From Hormiphora californensis (lineage: Eukaryota; Animalia; Ctenophora): a stretch of DNA of 64,000 nucleotides. The notes under the pieces were generated by a model that had not been told where the DNA came from, searched no databases, and worked only from the letters and a program-made list of their open reading frames with translations. Location: positions 5,828,001-5,892,000 of the forward strand of contig CM035353.1 of NCBI GenBank assembly GCA_020137815.1. Direction: 5' to 3'. Shown here one piece after another: positions 10,983 through 24,369 of this stretch; position 1 is the stretch's first letter; each line of letters begins with the position of its first letter. The position numbers were made by a program, and so were the translations under genes.

Positions 10983-12899
10983 TTCCCTTTTTCTTTCTTT
11001 TTCTCTTTCTCTCTCTACCTCTCTCTCAGCAATCCATGGTTCATCATGATTCAAGCAACTTCAAACAAGTTTAGACACCGTCTAGTAGACGGAGACCTTG
11101 TTGAGTAAGGGGGAAGAGTGTGAGTCGTGAGAGGATATATATTGATGTTTGAATTGACCATTGGCATACTTCATATAGTTCATGTGAACGTCTTGCTATA
11201 CTACGCCCTCATATTCAATATTGAGTAACTCTAAGTACTAACAGCCTAGCTCATTCCCAAGAAATATAATGTGCTAATATACTGTAGCCAACAACACACT
11301 ACATGACATCTTGGAACACCTAATATACAGTATATTAATATACCAAGCTGACATAGTTTGTAGCAATGAAACTACCACTCAAAAAGTAATCGAACGGAAC
11401 AAAATCTAGTTACCACACATGGCCATGCACGGCCGGGAATGTCAGGAATAACTTTGAATGGCATAGGTTAAAAATTTAATATCCTAGAGCTTGAAAACGG
11501 CAAAACAAAAAAAACGGTTCGGACATGCAGGCAGTAGAAAATGCACTTCGCCTCAAATTCGATTCGTGTAGTGCCCGTCGAAAAACAGTTCTATCTGTTG
11601 AACACATCACATCTCTCGAGAGGTGAAAGTGATAGGTGAAATTAGATTTGTCATGTGCTAGAACTTCTTGAACAACAGCATTACATGTTTTTAAAGAGAG
11701 AGGCCAGGGAAAATGTCAGTGAATAATATAATAAATAAGCGTCGAACTCTGGCTTGTTTTTTTAGAGGTAAAACTTCGACACAGAGTTTTCCGTAGGATG
11801 TGAGGTAATGCAGTTAATGACATATTGATATATACTGCCATTGACACTTCCGTCGAAGAACCACACTCCTTGAATGAGTGTTGTTTTTCGACGGAAAATT
11901 GTGCCTCTTGGCGCTAATTAACAAATTGATAGCTAATTGACAAATTGGAATAGTTTCTCAAGAACATGAACCCTCATTATATCAACTGTTCAAAAACTAA
12001 ATGGAATTGGTGCATTGTCATCGTTAGGGTCTGACTGTGGTCTGAAACCCCCTAGGAGCACTTAGCTTTTCTGAAAGCACTCTTCGAGCTGAATTCAGAG
12101 CAACCGGAATTATCTTTCTATCTCAACGGGAAGTTTGGGCTTAAGCGTGGTCTTTATGCAGCCAAAGTGGCCTGAAGTAGGCCCCTAGCGGGACCAAACA
12201 TGACCACTCATCGTTTGTTCTGATATACGGCTTCTACTACAGCGTAGTTCTAACAACATATTAACAACAGCATATACTATTTTGGTCCGGACAGAAAGCA
12301 GCAGCAGGTCTGGTACTATAACATGCGAGTAGACTCACGTATCACAAAGCAGTGCGAACATAAATCAACCTTACATACTAGAAGCTTGCAAAGGAACTGT
12401 ACAAATGACAGAACACACACACGTCACACAATGTGTGTGTACTGCAAAGCTGGTGGTGACACGGCCGCCAATGATACAATATTACACCACGTGCGGTTAT
12501 AAAAAGTACATTGGTGAATCACACTTTAAGCTATTAATATTATGAAGCGGACATGTGTACCAAAATAGAGTCCAGAGACAGGTTCTGAAGAATTTTAACA
12601 AAGAGGCGGGCAGGGAGTTATGTTCTGATGCAATGGGGGGGGGGGGATCCCATGGTATACTTTGGTATACTTTGGTATACTTTGGTATATGGAAAATCCC
12701 AAAAAATTATGTGGAAAGTACCAAAGTATACCAAAGTATACCATATCTTTTTAATAGCTTTACGTACTTTAAAGTGTTGATTTACAACAGTTAAGGCTTT
12801 AAAACATTTTATATAAACTTTCTTAACTCATAAAATTGGACAATGGTGCTAAATAGGCTAAATTCATAGAATCGAGGGAAAATATTACCTATAAAATGG

Positions 12900-13417
12900 G
12901 GTAAGCGGTAAATACTCACTCGGTTCTTCACATTTTTTGGACGTTTTTGGCCATAACTCAGCCATTTCTTGACCAATTTGCAAAATCTCGGGCTCATTGG
13001 AAAGAGGACATCAAGACCTTTAAAATGAGCCCTAAAGTCCATTTTTATTCAACTGTTCACCCCTCAACTCGTGCGCGTGCGATATTTTAATTTACGCTGC
13101 GCGCGCTACACGTTAACATGTGATAAACGCGCAAAACAATTCCGCGCACGACTTTGGGGGGTGAACAGTTGAAAAAAAAATGGACATTAGTAAATTAAAA
13201 TCGGCGCAAAATGCGCGGCGTTATGGCGTAAAATGCGCGTTTTCGCCATAGCGCCGCGCATTTTGCGCCGATTTTCATTTTCTAGAGCTCATTGGAAAGC
13301 TCTTAATGTCTTCTTTCCAATGAGCCCAAGATTTTCCAAATTGGTCAAGAAATGGTTGAGTTATGGCCAAAAACGTCCAAAAAATGTGAAGAACCGAGTG
13401 AGTATTTACCGCTTACC
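12900..13417. mobile_element. Merlin-like MITE nested in the 12635-15078 element
   Basis: ~130-bp TIR beginning GGTAAGCGGTAAATACTC; 9-bp TSD ATAAAATGG. Confidence 0.8.
13037..13185. mobile_element. Small MITE (family B) inside the Merlin-like element
   Basis: TIR gtccattttt..caactgttcacccc; inverted copy at 33245-33392 and a relative at ~540-650. Confidence 0.75.
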
Positions 13418-13741
13418 ATAAAATGGTGAGTCAGAAAACTGGGGTTTGACAAATTGGGACCCATTTGAGTATGATAAAAAAACTTTTAAAAAGTCAAGAA
13501 AATGTTCAAATAGTATTTGGTAAAGTCTCCAAAAATTTTTCAAAAATTGCCTTCACCGGGAATCGAACCCTGAGTGGCAAGCCTTGAGCACTAGCCGGAT
13601 GATGTAACAAAAACGTAAAAATCGGTTTAATAAGCGTTATATTACCAACTTATAACGAAATAAGGATGCAGTTTTACAAATTTAGTCATTTATGTTAACT
13701 TATCGCTTAAATTTTACCTTTTTCAAAATTTTTATGGTATA

Positions 13742-14944
13742 CAGGGTGTCCCACTGTCTTTGCATCACCTGTGATTTTGGGTCATGACCGAGCTCCATTA
13801 AACTAACCAAAACTCATCGAAAAATTGGTCAAAATGGTTCTAACAAAAACCAGTGTTCTAGAGAATTGTCTGGCGAACATTTTGGTGACAAGATTGACGT
13901 TCCAAGTCTTACCAATCGTCAGATATATCGTCGTAAAGTCAAAAGTACGTGTTCATGAAATCCGACCGGGGTTCACGTTTTGAAAAATTCACAAATGCAA
14001 AGTTGCTCGGATCACATTGCATTCCTCATAAGAGTTGTAGGAAATTGTCTGGCGGTCATTTTGGTACCCAGGTTTTTATCCTAGCTCAATGTTTAGAGTG
14101 TCTTATGACTGTCTAAAGACGAAATTCAACCAGCATTTTTGAGGGGATCACGTGTCATCAACAAATGGGTAAAATGATATGAAATTTACAAGAGCTTCAT
14201 TGGAATCGTCTAAGGTTCATTTTGATACCATGATTTTTTCCATAGCTCTATGTTTTAGTTGCGTTATGACTGTAGGAACATGAAAATTGTTCTATGCTGA
14301 GTCTTAGTTGGTATCGGCTCACAACCCCTAATTAGGTGGCTCGGTGTCATGTGTAATCCCATGATAATCAGCACATATCGTCTCAATTTCATCTAGACAC
14401 TTGACAGGGTTGTTATGACGATTTGGCAAGGCCCCTGTTAATGTGTAGGATACGCAAGTGGTCTATCTCAACCCTATCATGCACTAACATGTTATTCAAG
14501 AAGCAATGAGCTTCATAACAGGGCAAAATTCAATGCGATACCTGCGACCACTTTTGGAAAAATTCCAGTTCTGACAGTCATAAGACACTCTAAACATTGA
14601 GCTAGGACAAAAACCCGGGTACCAAAATGACCGCCAGACAATTTCCTACAACTCTTATGAGGGATGCAATGTGATCCGAGCAACTTTGCATTTGTGAATT
14701 TTTCAAAACGTGAACCCCGGTCGGATTTCATGAACATGTATTTTTGACTTTACGACGATATATCTGACGATTGGTAAGACTTGGAACGTCAATCTTGCCA
14801 CCAAAATGTTCGCCAGACAATTCTCTAGAACACTAGTTTTTGTTAGAACCATTTTGACCAATTTTACGATGAGTTTTGGTTAGTTTAATGGAGCCCGGTC
14901 ATGACCCAAAATCACAGGTGATGCAAAGACAGTGGGACACCCTG
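13742..14944. mobile_element. Tc1/mariner-type foldback element with ~370-bp TIRs
   Basis: CAGGGTGTCCCACTGTC...GACAGTGGGACACCCTG, TA TSD. Confidence 0.88.
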
Positions 14945-15114
14945 TACTTAGCTTTGGTATACCTTGGTATACTTTGGTATACTTTGGTATACTTTGGTAT
15001 ATGGAAAATCGCTGAAAAAGTTGTGGAAAGTGCCAAAGTATACCAAAGTATACCATGGGATCCCCCCCCCCCCCCCCCGATGCAATCGCAAGACCAGTAC
15101 CTTTTATGAAATTA

Positions 15115-15465
15115 TGATCTGGCTTTTTTGATCTGGCTTTTTAATTTATTTGGCTTTTTTTTGGCCGTTTTTGACCTGTCTTTTTTTGATCTGGCTTTTA
15201 TTGATCTGGCCTTTTTTTGGCCTTTTCCCCGATAATTTTTGACATTTCATAGCATTTTTGGCTTTTTATGTTACATTTTGAGTCACATTGTAAATTTTTT
15301 GATGTGGCTTTTAATTTTCATGATCTTTTTTGATATTACTCTTTTTGATATGAATTTTTAACTAGCTTTTTTTGATCTGGCCTTTTTTGATCTGGCTTTT
15401 TTTGATCTGGCTTTTTTTGATCTGGCTTTTTTAAGCTTTTTTGATCTGGCCTTTTTGGCCTTTTT
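15115..15465. repeat. Degenerate minisatellite (gatctggctttttt)n
   Basis: Visible tandem units. Confidence 0.8.
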
Positions 15466-16834
15466 TAGACGTACTAGGGTCAGCACACACCTAGTCCTAC
15501 GCCAAAATCAAAATTTTGATTTTGTAGCCAGACACACCGTCATGGTCATCCAACGCGACCGTCAAAATAGTGCACGAGATTGTTACTGTGAGAATGGGGG
15601 AGAGAGAATTTTGACCATGACAGCGCTGGTGTGTCTGGCACCAGCGTAGGTGTGTCTAGCTCCAGCGTAGGTGTGTGCTGACCCCTACCCGTCAGTGACG
15701 GGCCGTCATCCGACGTACGTGTACTACTTGTTGAGTAAGGGGGAAGAGTGTGACACACTCTTCCCCCTTACTCAACAATGTACTACCCGACGTACTTATA
15801 CGGCACGTAGTTTTCTGCAAATACGTTTTTGCCCTAGCAGTGCACTTGCAGCTGCAGAAAGTGTTTTCATTTTCAGTAATGTACCTGTTTTATCAGCTAT
15901 GTTTATATTATTGACATTATTGTTGCAAAATAATGAGTTTCACTGAAAGCGAAAAGATTGTTCAAATTCTCACTGGGAATCACAACTCCAGCCTGGATTT
16001 CCAGGAAAAGGGGGTTTAAAAGTGACTTATTAAGTAAACTGTAAAGGTTCAAGTTGATGCCCTATTTGAAAGGGTATCGAGCTCTCTTTTGTGCTGATGA
16101 CAGGAACTTGAATGAGACACCTATACATTGCATTTTGTAAGAAGTGGTTGCGCGCGATTGTTTTGCGCGTTTGAAGCGCGCGGCGTATTCTCGTAAAAAT
16201 AAATAAAAAGAACCGCTACGCGCCGCGCCGTTAAAAAAAGTCAAGATCAGATCTGACAAATTTTTGACAAGTTTTAAAATAAATCAGGGATGGGTCCAGG
16301 GTCGCCCCATCCCCGTGATATCCGGGGCCAGGGACGGCAGCCTCGGTCAGGGGGTATGGGAATGAAACCCTGGCCCCATCGCAGAGTCCAAGGGCGCAGC
16401 CCCGGCGGGGGTGTAGGGGGCAAACAAAACATCTTGTTTAGACCAATCATTAGTCTCGGAAGTTGTAATTCTCCTGTTTCTCCTATGATATCTTATTTAG
16501 TAGCACTGGTGCAAGTGTGAAATTCGAAAAACAAAGCTTGATCAAACACAGAAGTGTAAAAAGTGGAAAAAACAAAGATCCTTCTAATCTAATACATACT
16601 TAAAGGTTGACAAGATACCTAAAACTTTACTTCTATCCCATTTTTACACTTTAAATCATTAATACCTTTTTCAGCTTTTTTTTTTCGTCGCAACACGTTT
16701 TTCAGGCCTTTATAACAATAGGGAACCCTGTTATGAGTGAAACAGTAACGGGTCCTTGGCAGTTAGCGCCAATCATGGATCACGCTGGACCAAAAAGTAG
16801 ATGTGGGTTGAAAGTGGGATGCACAAACAAAGTA

Positions 16835-16991
16835 CAGTCGGACCCCGATTTAGGGACACCCTCGGGGGAAAGGCTCTTGTCCACTAAATCGTGGTGTCCA
16901 CTAAATCGGGGTCAATTAAGGTTAATTTCCTATATCGGGGAAAAAAAATCCTGTCCCTAAATCGGGGTGCCACTAAATTGGGGTCCGACTG
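16835..16991. mobile_element. MITE family A, copy 3
   Basis: Same TIR, TA TSD. Confidence 0.9.
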
Positions 16992-17129
16992 TACATGTAA
17001 CAAGAAAATATTATTTTCAAATTTCCACCCTGTTATGGCGTTATGCCATCTCAAAAACACGTTTAGATAGGGAAAATCATTAACAGAAATACCAGAAACA
17101 TCATTCTTATGTAGGAAGGGTGATTCCAC

Positions 17130-18606
17130 ATGGTAGCCGAATGGATTTCTTGTCTTGATAAAAGGTAATTACAATCTTATTATCACACTTCATTTGATTT
17201 TGTTGATGTTTTTGAGAGAATGAAACGTTGTTTTACGTAACAACCTTGCACGTAACCATCTGAGATTGTGTAACGTCGTGAGTGTGTTGTCACATATAAG
17301 TAATAAGCGGGAGCGTTCATAGTGAACCATAATAAAGTTCAAGTTCACTATTGTTTCAATAGTCTCTGTTAGAAGATGTGGTTTTCTTTAGATTTGTGAT
17401 CAAATTAGTAATTTATTGCTAAATCTGACTGGAAGAGTGTTCTAATTTGTTTCTTACAGGCCATGCGATAGATCTGGCGAGGAGTTGGACATTATATACT
17501 CCAGACTAAAGGTACACTGATTCAAGCAACAGTTATTATTATTTGAACAGACTTCACCAGTGTGTTTCAGTAGTTCTCTTTAGGATGTAGTATCACACTT
17601 GAACAGTATGCCACGTGGACAGAAACCATTATAACAGATCTGCAGATCCGTGCTACACCCGATTTCAGTTCTAAATCATCTTCTCTTCAGGAATTCTAAA
17701 TCTTCTCTTTTCAGGATGTCAAGGCATTTGAGGAGTATGATTCACAGCTCCTTCAACAGATCTGCTACTACGGGTATTATGAGGATCTTGAAAAGGGAAT
17801 AACCTGTAAGTTTGGAGGGGGAATCTGGCACAGGTATTTTATACTAATTACCTATACATATACATATGCCTATGAATAGAGGTTTGAGACTGTAAAGTAT
17901 AATTTGCCATAAAACATAAATAGGGGGGGGGGGGAGTTAGACCTTCTCGTGCGACAAATAATAATCAGTGCAATAGTTGTATCTCTCGCTTTGGAAACGC
18001 ATTAGAGGCCTCTCGGATTTTTGAAGTTGTCATCCCCCTGGGTGGCGTGAGTTTTTAAATTTGCCCGCCAGAAACTTGTTTTCGCTCTCACGCCTTTGTT
18101 TCTTGTCCAACTTCATCAAAAAAAAATTTTTACGGACTCACAAAATTATGTTTTTTCCGATGATATGCGGCTTTTTGCCGAAAAGTGAGAGCAAGTGGGG
18201 GCTGTCACGCGCAAATACGAAGCCTTTTGGAATGATATTTCCTGGCTAAACTTCGTGAAAATTAAGTACACACTTTCCAATCTTCTACTCATTATAGTAT
18301 CTCACTGTTCACATTCACACTCTGTTATACACATTCCTACATTACTACTTTTTGTGCAGCTATATATTGTGTATCATGGCCGGTAATTACAGTACAAAGG
18401 TACTGTAAAGTATCAGCTATCAGCTCAACATATCGGGCTATCAATATATATAAAAGAGCAGTAATGTGTTATATTTTTGGGTAGCGGCTACTATCTAACA
18501 GTTCTATATCTTTGCAGTGTATCGACAGGGGGACAAGGGTACCAACTGGTATGCAGTTCTCTCCGGATCTCTCGACGTTAACGTTGCTGCAAGTGAGGCT
18601 GATCGG
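17130..18606 (+). CDS. RAPGEF4: RAPGEF4/Epac2 5' part, duplicate copy. Exons 17130-17164, 17460-17511, 17715-17805, 18518-18606; partial
   Basis: [89 protein letters not shown] matches the Epac2 N-terminal cNMP-binding domain; splice sites intact. Confidence 0.88.
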
Positions 18607-18631
18607 GTGAGTACTTTATAAACCTTGATAA

Positions 18632-18740
18632 CAGGAACCGACCGAATCAGGAAATACTGGTCCCTGATTGGCTGATAACCAGTCACGTGACCTTAATAAC
18701 GAGTTCTGATTGGTTGTTTACTTGTTTCGGTCGGTTCCTG
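18632..18740. mobile_element. hAT-like MITE, 109 bp
   Basis: TIR CAGGAACCGACCGAA; 8-bp TSD CTTGATAA; empty site in the other copy (~43716); partial reverse copy at ~60975-61061. Confidence 0.88.
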
Positions 18741-19791
18741 CTTGATAATACACATACAGTTGGGTACGAGGTCCCCTCTCTTTTTCCCGAACGTAGCACA
18801 CGCGGTATATCGTGAGAAAGTACAACACGGAAGGGAGAGAAGAGAGGTGATATTATACCGTGTACCTCGATATACCGTGTGCCGTGCAGTTGTCCTTCCC
18901 CATTTCCCCAAGAATTTAGTCCAGTATATAACATCGATTCATTCATCAGAATGAATTTATATTCATTCTGATGAATGTTATAACGTATGCAATGTTTAGT
19001 TTGGAAATTACCAAATTAGAACAATTGGCCTGGCCGTACTTCTTTTCCTATCTACGAGTTCTCCAAAACCATCTCTCTTTTTTTTTTCTCTCTCTCTCTC
19101 CTCTCTCTCTCCTCTCACTCTCTCTCTCGCCTCTCTCTCTCTCCTCTCTCTCTCTCCTCTCATCTCTCCTCTCCTCTCTCTCTCCTCTCTCTCTCCTCGT
19201 GCTCTCTCTCTCTCATCATCTCTCTCTCTCTCTCCTCGTCTCTCTCCTCTCTCTCTCCTCTCTCGATCTCCTCTCTCTCTCTCTCTACTCTCTCTCTTCA
19301 TCTCTCTTCTCTCTCTCGCCTCTGCCTCAGTCCCTCTCTGTCTCGGGTGCTCGGTCTTCATCTCTCTCGTCTCTCTCTTCCTTCGCTTTCTCCTTTATCA
19401 AGTTGTCAATAACGCACTATCAACGTGCTAGACGCATTTCCGGGCCCAATTTGTTCAGCTCTCAATGCCATAACTGGGAAAGAAGAGATAGATCGCAGAA
19501 AGATAGGAAGAGAGATCTCAGGAAGATAGAACAATATAACATAGACAGATAACAATAGAGATTAGAGAAATAAGAACGTGCATTTTAGTGTAGGGACTTT
19601 TGGGAGAAAGCGAGATAGAGAGAGGGATAAAGAGAGAGAGAGGGAGAGAACGAGAGAGAGGGAGAGAGAGAGAGAGAGAGGAGAGAAGAGAGAGGAGAGA
19701 GAGAGAGAGAAGAGGAGAGAGAGAGAGAGAGAGTGAGAGTGAGAGAAAGAGAGAAGGAGAAAGAGACTAAGAGAGAGAGAGAGAGGGAGAT

Positions 19792-19841
<50 letters not shown>

Positions 19842-19945
19842 TATAGAGATAGATAGTTGTTGTGTGTTGTGCTATATTATAGGATATATTGTATTCTGCT
19901 CACTGGTGCTGTTGATCAAGATGTAATGGTTCTGAAACCCCCTCG

Positions 19946-20061
<116 letters not shown>

Positions 20062-20333
20062 TCTCTCTCCCTCTGTCCCTCTAATGTCTACACGTATGAG
20101 CGCTTATCTATATTGTCATTTTCCTTTCTCCAGTCCCCGAGCCTCTATAACCTCTTCAATGGCTCAATGCTTGTTGGGGTTCTAGTGTCAGTCGTTACTT
20201 TGTTCTTGCTATTTTCTAACCCTCCCTTTACATTTGTAAGGGCGCCCGAAACACAGTCTAGCCAGGCAAACTTTGTTCATTGTTGTAAGGTACTGGATTC
20301 CCAAAAATAAATGAGCCATCAGAGAGATAGATA

Positions 20334-21087
20334 GGGTAAGCTGGGGCAGTTTGGCCCACCGGGTAAAGTGGCCCATGTATGGGGCAAAGTGGCCCTAGTT
20401 ATTACATGTGGTCACGTGACTTTTTCTCCAGCGGAGACCTGCTCGTTCTGTTCCGAATTTTCGGTTTAAAACTGCTGTCATTTCTGTTTGGGTTGGCCGA
20501 TTTTAATTTTGCAAAAACTGCCAGTTAGGCTTTATAATTCTCTAAAACGTGGTATAAAAATTTTGAAGAAATTGGCATTTTTGTTGTCTTAATTGTCAAT
20601 TTTGTGAAATCGGGGCGAATATGGCCCACTCTCCGGGGCAAAGTGGTCCGGTCTGGGGCAAAGTGGCCCACCTCTAGGACCAATGAAATGGCGCCTGCAA
20701 TACCACGTGACATTGGAATGCACAAAAATGTAGTCCAGACGGTCAAAATAAGGGCAAAGTGGCCCATGTTCCGGTGCAGAACATGGGCCACTTTGCCCCT
20801 AATTTGATCGTTTCGTCTAACAACACCAGGCACGTGATAAAATCGAGCAATGCTATTGGCTTGGGCCACTTTGCCCCGGTGCAAATTTTCCAAAAAAACG
20901 CCTCACCAAATTATTTGAATTGATTAATTAACCCATTAAATAAAACTTGTAGATTTTAAAATTTAGCTCGGCTGAAAGGGAAAGGTTTCATTGGATAGCC
21001 TATATAATTTTTTTCTTCCTGCTGTATATATTGCGTATTTTAGAACCTAAAACGTTAAAAATGGGCCACTTTCGCCCCAGCTTACCC
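20334..21087. mobile_element. TA-targeting non-autonomous DNA transposon
   Basis: TIR gggtaagctggggc / gccccagcttaccc, TA TSD, internal ggggcaaagtggcc repeats; absent from the other copy (~45078). Confidence 0.88.
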
Positions 21088-21273
21088 TAGAGAAGGAAGG
21101 AAACAGAGATATAATAGAAAGTGGGAGATGAAAGAAGAGTGAAGTAGAAAGAGAGGTAGAGTTAGTGAGATTTAATAGGCAACTGTGTTCCACACAATTA
21201 CATTGTTTTAAAACAACACAACACATTTAATGAGCTATGATAGTGCCGTCTGTGTTTTCTGTTAAATACTAAC

Positions 21274-22146
21274 GTGTTGGGCAAAAAAAATGTCCCCCCT
21301 AGACTAGCATAGTTCCAGATATCGTAGAGCTCTAAAATTTTACACAGTTACTCTATGGGACAAATAAATAAGTTCCACAAAATTTCAGACTTTTAGCTCA
21401 AAGTTCATTTTTTTGATCAGAATGAACATTGTTATTCATTCCAAAAAACATGATTTTTCGGTCCAGAAGCCAAGCAATTGCCTTTGGCTCTCGATTTTCT
21501 TTCAAATGCGACCAAGAAAAGCCAAAACGGACAACCACAAGGCACACAGTGGTCATGTTTCTGACAGTTGGTCAGGTCATGTGATCCCCACCGAATCGTG
21601 TAATTTATTCAGAATTGCTAATCAGGCTTAATGGTGGAGAATCACGTATCACAGCTGCTAATGAGGGATGACGATGACTATTGGTCATGAGATCCGAAGC
21701 TCATTAACAAGTGGCCTCTTTACCCAAGTGCTCCCGAATCACATGTCGCTTTTTCGATACACATCCCTCATTAGCGACTGTGCTACGTGATTCTTCCCCA
21801 CTAAGCCTGATTAGCAACTCACGATTCGATGGGGATCACATGACCTGACTAACTGTCAGAAACATTACCACTGTGTGCCTTGTGGTTGTCTGTTTTGGCT
21901 TTTCTTGGTCGCATTTGAAAGAAAATCGAGAGCCAAAGACAATTGCTTGGCTTCTGGACCGAAAAATCATGTTTTTTGGAATGAACAACAATGTTCATTC
22001 CGATCAAAAAAATGAACTTTGAGCTAAAAGTCAGAAATTTTGTGGAACTTATTTATTTGTCCCATAGAGTAACTGTGTAAAATTTTAGAGCTCTACGATA
22101 TCTGGAACTATGCTAGTCTAGGGGGGACATTTTTTTTGCCCAACAC
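21274..22146. mobile_element. Foldback element with ~390-bp arms
   Basis: gtgttgggcaaaaaaaatgtccccc...ggggacattttttttgcccaacac; absent from the other copy (~45263). Confidence 0.88.
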
Positions 22147-23039
22147 TATCTTCGGATTTAGCACTGTATACTTATAGGCCACTGCATGATCAGCTCCAAT
22201 GAAATAGCTCGGGGCCCCCACCCCCCCCCCCCCCCCCCCCCTTTTTTACCCTTTGGGAAATTTTGTTCTACTTTCATACTATCGACGTCTTTTTTTTGAA
22301 TAAAACATCTTTTTTTGGGTTTTTAACTTTTTTTTTGGGTAGCTTTGTTCGTAGCTTTTTTCTATCCCCCTCTGTGATCATATCTCACATTTGAATTGTC
22401 AAAATGAACCCCAATTTCATCCCATTATTCAATCTCCTCACCCTATTTTACAATGTTTAAGTAACGCTAAACCTTTTGGCCCTACAACCAAAACCCCCCC
22501 CCCCCCCTTTTTATTTTCCCCTTTTCCTCTTTCCCCTTCTCTCCTTTTTTTTTTCCCCCCTTTTTCTCTTTTCCCTCCCCCCTTTTTTTCCCCCTCTCCC
22601 CCTCCCTTCCCCCCCTTCTCTTCTTCTTTCCCCCCTCCCCCCCTTTTTTTCCTTTCTCCTCCCCTTTTCCCCTCTCTCTCCCTCTCCCCCCTCTTCCCCC
22701 CCCTCCCTCTCTCCCCCCCCTCTTTTTTTTTAAATTTTTTTCTCTGAATTTCCCCCCCCCTATCCCCCCTTCCCCCCCTTCCCTTTTTTTTTCCCCTTTC
22801 CTCTTCCCTTTCCTTTCCGGCTTTTAAGGGGTTAAAATTTTAAAATAAAGGGGGGGGTTTTGGGGGGGGTTAAACCCCGACCAAAACCCAAAACTGGTCA
22901 ATACACTTTTTGGGGAATTGAGGCGGCGATAAAAAAAAATTTTCCCCCCAAAAAGGAAAAAAGGAAAGGTGGACCCCCTTAAAGGTTTTTTAAAAAACAA
23001 GGGGTTAATGGGGGGGTAAACCCGACCCCTTTTTTCCTT

Positions 23040-23139
23040 NNNNNNNNNNNNNNNNNNNNNNNNNNNNNNNNNNNNNNNNNNNNNNNNNNNNNNNNNNNNN
23101 NNNNNNNNNNNNNNNNNNNNNNNNNNNNNNNNNNNNNNN
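23040..23139. other. Assembly gap (100 N), preceded by low-quality homopolymer-distorted sequence
   Basis: N run; 22200-23039 is a garbled version of 45320-46260. Confidence 0.98.
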
Positions 23140-23451
23140 CTGAGAATGTGGTGATTCCCCGGGCTACCCTTCCCTCACCGCGGCTAGAGAGAGATGGCAA
23201 AGTTATAGAAGGAGGGGGAGGAGAGAGGGGGAGTTGCAGCAACTGTGAGAATAGGGATTACAGAGAAGAGAGAGTGGGTAGGGTTCAATCATTGGTGTGT
23301 AATGACTGAAATGTCACACAACTAATACAGATGTCGCCAATATAATAGGCGTGAATAGAGTCACTCGGGGGAAAGCATAATGTAGCAGGGGTGGGGAATC
23401 GTTTAGCAACAAAAGAGAGAAGCAACAAAATGTGTAAAAAGTAGTTAAAAT

Positions 23452-24218
23452 GTGAGGAAGTTTTGTTTTCTCCTTCCGGCTGGACAAATGAGTAGACGTA
23501 GATTTTATTGTAGAATAACGCTATCAATTTCGGCGCACAGCAGCACCATCTTCAGGCTATAATACACGGATACACATGTTAGAAAAACTGTACACATACC
23601 AATCGTAAAATAAAAATTACTGGAAAATCTAAAGCTAGCTAATTTAGTGAAATAGTAAAAAGTTGAAAAAACTACACGCGGGACTGGAAAAATTATAAAA
23701 CAAAAAGTAAACTAGGAATAAAACGGGGTTTAAATAGTAAAGAAATAAGATCAGATAGTGAAATAAGTAGAATCACGCGACTGCTCAAAAGATAATGCTA
23801 AAAATACTCAATGACAATATGGCCGTTAGAAAATACTAAACGGATAATATTAAGAAATAAGGAATCTAGATATCTTTTTGAGCAGTCGCGTGATTCCTAT
23901 CTTATTTCACTATCTGATCTTATTTCTTTACTATTTAAACCCCGTTTATTTCCTAGTCTTTACTTTTTGTTTTATAATTTTTCCAGTCCCGCGTGTAGTT
24001 TTTTCAACTTTTTACTATTTCACTAAATTAGCTTAGCTTTAGAATTTTCCAGTAATTTTTATTTTACGATTGGTATGTGTACAGTTTTTCTAACATGTGT
24101 ATCCCGTGTATTATAGCCTGAAGATGGGTTTATGCTGTGTTGTGCGCCGAAATTAACGTATCACATAATCTACGTCTACTCATTTGTCCAGCCGGAAGGA
24201 GAAAACAAAACTTCCTCA
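23452..24218. mobile_element. Foldback element with ~340-bp arms
   Basis: gtgaggaagttttgttttctccttccggctgg... versus ...ccagccggaaggagaaaacaaaacttcctcac. Confidence 0.75.
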
Positions 24219-24369
24219 CTGATATGCGGCTAATAAACAATCAACCGATCCTTATTCTCTGTAGTTAAAATGCATTATGAATATATATGTACAGCTGTAG
24301 TTACACGCAATATAGAATAGGGAAATGCCTGCTCCCCCCCTCTCTCTCTGTCTGTTCTGTCAAAGAGAT

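Larger units (their letters stand above)
12635..15078. mobile_element. Non-autonomous DNA transposon with poly-G/poly-C termini, hosting nested insertions
   Basis: TIR (G)n-atcccatggtatactttggtatac / gtataccaaagtataccatgggat-(C)n; 8-bp TSD GATGCAAT (12627-12634, 15079-15086); subterminal ctttggtata repeats. Confidence 0.85.

Noticed and set aside
13548-13600. tRNA-like T-arm on the minus strand (gggttcgattcccggtgaaggca)
   Set aside because: No D-arm, anticodon arm or acceptor pairing found; at most a tRNA/SINE relic within a transposon
22200-23039. Pro/Phe-rich ORFs and odd composition
   Set aside because: Low-quality contig end; a garbled copy of ~45320-46260
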